From: a virus | Taxonomy: Duplodnaviria; Caudoviricetes | Length of the DNA: 26,996 nt | Strand: one strand, 5' to 3' | IMG/VR virus record: IMGVR_UViG_3300010389_000101 | Location: 1 to 26,996 of that record | In this document: piece by piece, positions 25,683 through 26,996 of the stretch | Layout of the letters: the number at the start of each line of letters is the position of its first letter | Position numbering within the stretch: the first letter of the stretch is position 1 | The notes under the pieces: model-generated | The model's database searches: none | Seen by the model: only the letters and a program-made list of their open reading frames with translations | Told to the model about the DNA's origin: nothing | Position numbers and translations under genes: made by a program

Positions 25683-26996
25683 TGCCATCTCAAATTAAGT
25701 TAAAAAGAACATTTGGCATTGGTTTACCTGATTTACCTCCAGTAGGCACAGGTGTAACGGACGGTGAACTAGTATACGTTTACGATACTAATAATCTGGG
25801 TGTTGGTGGCACATACAGGAAACTCTACATTGGTAGTGCTGCTGGTGTAAACACACTGCCTTATCCTGTAGGTGGTCAATACTACATGGAGAGACTTCCT
25901 GATGATTTGACTCAGGAAGGTGTTCTGTTACCTAGAAAAGTACTTTCTGCAAACTCTAACTCTTTAATCGACAGAATCCAAGTAGGAAGTGGACTATCGG
26001 TTTCTGGCATTTCTACTTTCAAAGATGACGTATATATTGAAGGTGACTTAGATGTAACTGGTGACATTACCTTTGATGAATTCACTGCCAGACAGGTAGT
26101 AGTAACAGGTGTTGCTACTGTAAATCAGGCACTGTCTGTTGGTGTCACTTTTAATGTACCTAATGCTTATATCGCTGCAGGTCTCGTAACATCTTTAGTC
26201 GGCACCTATGCCACAGTTACAACTGTAGACATCGAGACCTTAGATGCTAAGGATGTCAATATTACTGGATTAGCAGTCACAGACATTGTTGGTACTGCTG
26301 CTACCATCACGACGATTGATGCTACAGAAGGTGATATCGTTAATGCCAAGATCACTGCTGGTATTATCACCGATATTGTTGGTACTGCTGCCACTATCAC
26401 CACTGTTGATGTAACTAATCTTGCAGTTACTAATCTTACTCTTGGTTCTGGTATCTTTACTGATATTCAGGTATCTGGTGCATCTACTGTAGTTGGTGAC
26501 GCTAGGTTTGAATCCGATGTTTATATCCTTGGTGATTTAAATGTAACTGGTGATATTGTATATGATGAAGTAAGGGGTCGTAATCTTAATATTTCTGGTG
26601 TTGGTACTATTGCCAACTTCAATAGTGGTCTTGGTACGATTACCACTCTTGATTCCGAAACTGCTGATCTTAATGATGTAAAGATCACTTCTGGTATTAT
26701 CACCAGTCAGGTTGGTACATATGCCACGATCAACACTGTTGATGTCGAGACTCTCGATGCTAGAGATGTCAAGATCACAGCTGGCATCATTACTGATATT
26801 GTCGGTACTGCTGCTACAATCACCACTATTGATGCTAATACTGCTGATTTAGTTGCTGCCAACATCAACGTTGGCATGATCACCAGTGCCTACATCACTG
26901 CTGGTATTGTCACCGATATTCAAGTATCTGGGGCTTCTACTGTAGTCGGTGTAGCAACATTCCAAGATGACGTTTATATTGCTGGTAATCTGAACG
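25682..26996 (+). CDS. Tail fibre protein, 5' part (at least 438 aa; truncated by the window end; absent from the ORF track)
   Basis: ATG at 25682 in a TAATG overlap, open to the window end. My translation begins MPSQIKLKRTFGIGLPDLPPVGTGVTDGELVYVYD...RKLYIG (phage fibre N-terminal attachment-type motif) and continues into T/I/V/D/G-rich periodic repeats. Confidence 0.88.
   Translation, partial: MPSQIKLKRTFGIGLPDLPPVGTGVTDGELVYVYDTNNLGVGGTYRKLYIGSAAGVNTLPYPVGGQYYMERLPDDLTQEGVLLPRKVLSANSNSLIDRIQVGSGLSVSGISTFKDDVYIEGDLDVTGDITFDEFTARQVVVTGVATVNQALSVGVTFNVPNAYIAAGLVTSLVGTYATVTTVDIETLDAKDVNITGLAVTDIVGTAATITTIDATEGDIVNAKITAGIITDIVGTAATITTVDVTNLAVTNLTLGSGIFTDIQVSGASTVVGDARFESDVYILGDLNVTGDIVYDEVRGRNLNISGVGTIANFNSGLGTITTLDSETADLNDVKITSGIITSQVGTYATINTVDVETLDARDVKITAGIITDIVGTAATITTIDANTADLVAANINVGMITSAYITAGIVTDIQVSGASTVVGVATFQDDVYIAGNLN
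26189..26950 (+). repeat. Degenerate 90-nt (30-aa) tandem repeats in the fibre gene, in two blocks
   Basis: Units start at 26189, 26279, 26369 and 26702, 26792 (e.g. TDIVGTAATITTIDATEGDIVNAKITAGII); each block ends in TDIQVSGASTVVG (26459 and 26912). Confidence 0.85.

Noticed and set aside
5535-26703. About 40 short minus-strand and alternate-frame ORFs, e.g. 15594..16145, 22056..22517, 26206..26403
   Set aside because: All lie within or across long + strand genes, show shadow-type composition and no recognisable motifs; expected from codon bias.
26189-26950. Repeats as a CRISPR array or DGR template/variable pair
   Set aside because: Repeats are in-frame and degenerate, differ mainly at third codon positions rather than adenines, lack unique spacers, and no cas or reverse transcriptase gene is in the window.

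Overview
The window is the baseplate/tail-structure block of a T4-like myovirus. Gene order and protein motifs point to a marine cyanophage of the Synechococcus/Prochlorococcus T4-like group; the host cannot be proven from this sequence. All real genes lie on the + strand, tightly packed or overlapping: a small acidic ORF, gp25, gp6, a giant 4520-aa gp7-like wedge protein, gp8, a 2354-aa VrlC/DUF4815 structural protein, three small ORFs, and a tail-fibre gene at 25682 that runs off the window and is missing from the ORF track. Five T4-type late promoter cores (ATAAATA) precede genes, two of them buried about 100 nt inside the upstream CDS. I found no RNA genes, CRISPR, mobile element, intron/intein or DGR, and no clearly new system. 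The most interesting signal is protein architecture: gp7 is a mosaic of nested domain insertions (a split, His-less YHYH-like domain; a repeat module inserted inside a copy of itself; three tandem fibre-tip-like domains; a permuted five-repeat beta-propeller), and the fibre has hierarchical 5/30/~150-aa repeats with a different Gly codon usage. Family calls come from motif recognition, not database searches.
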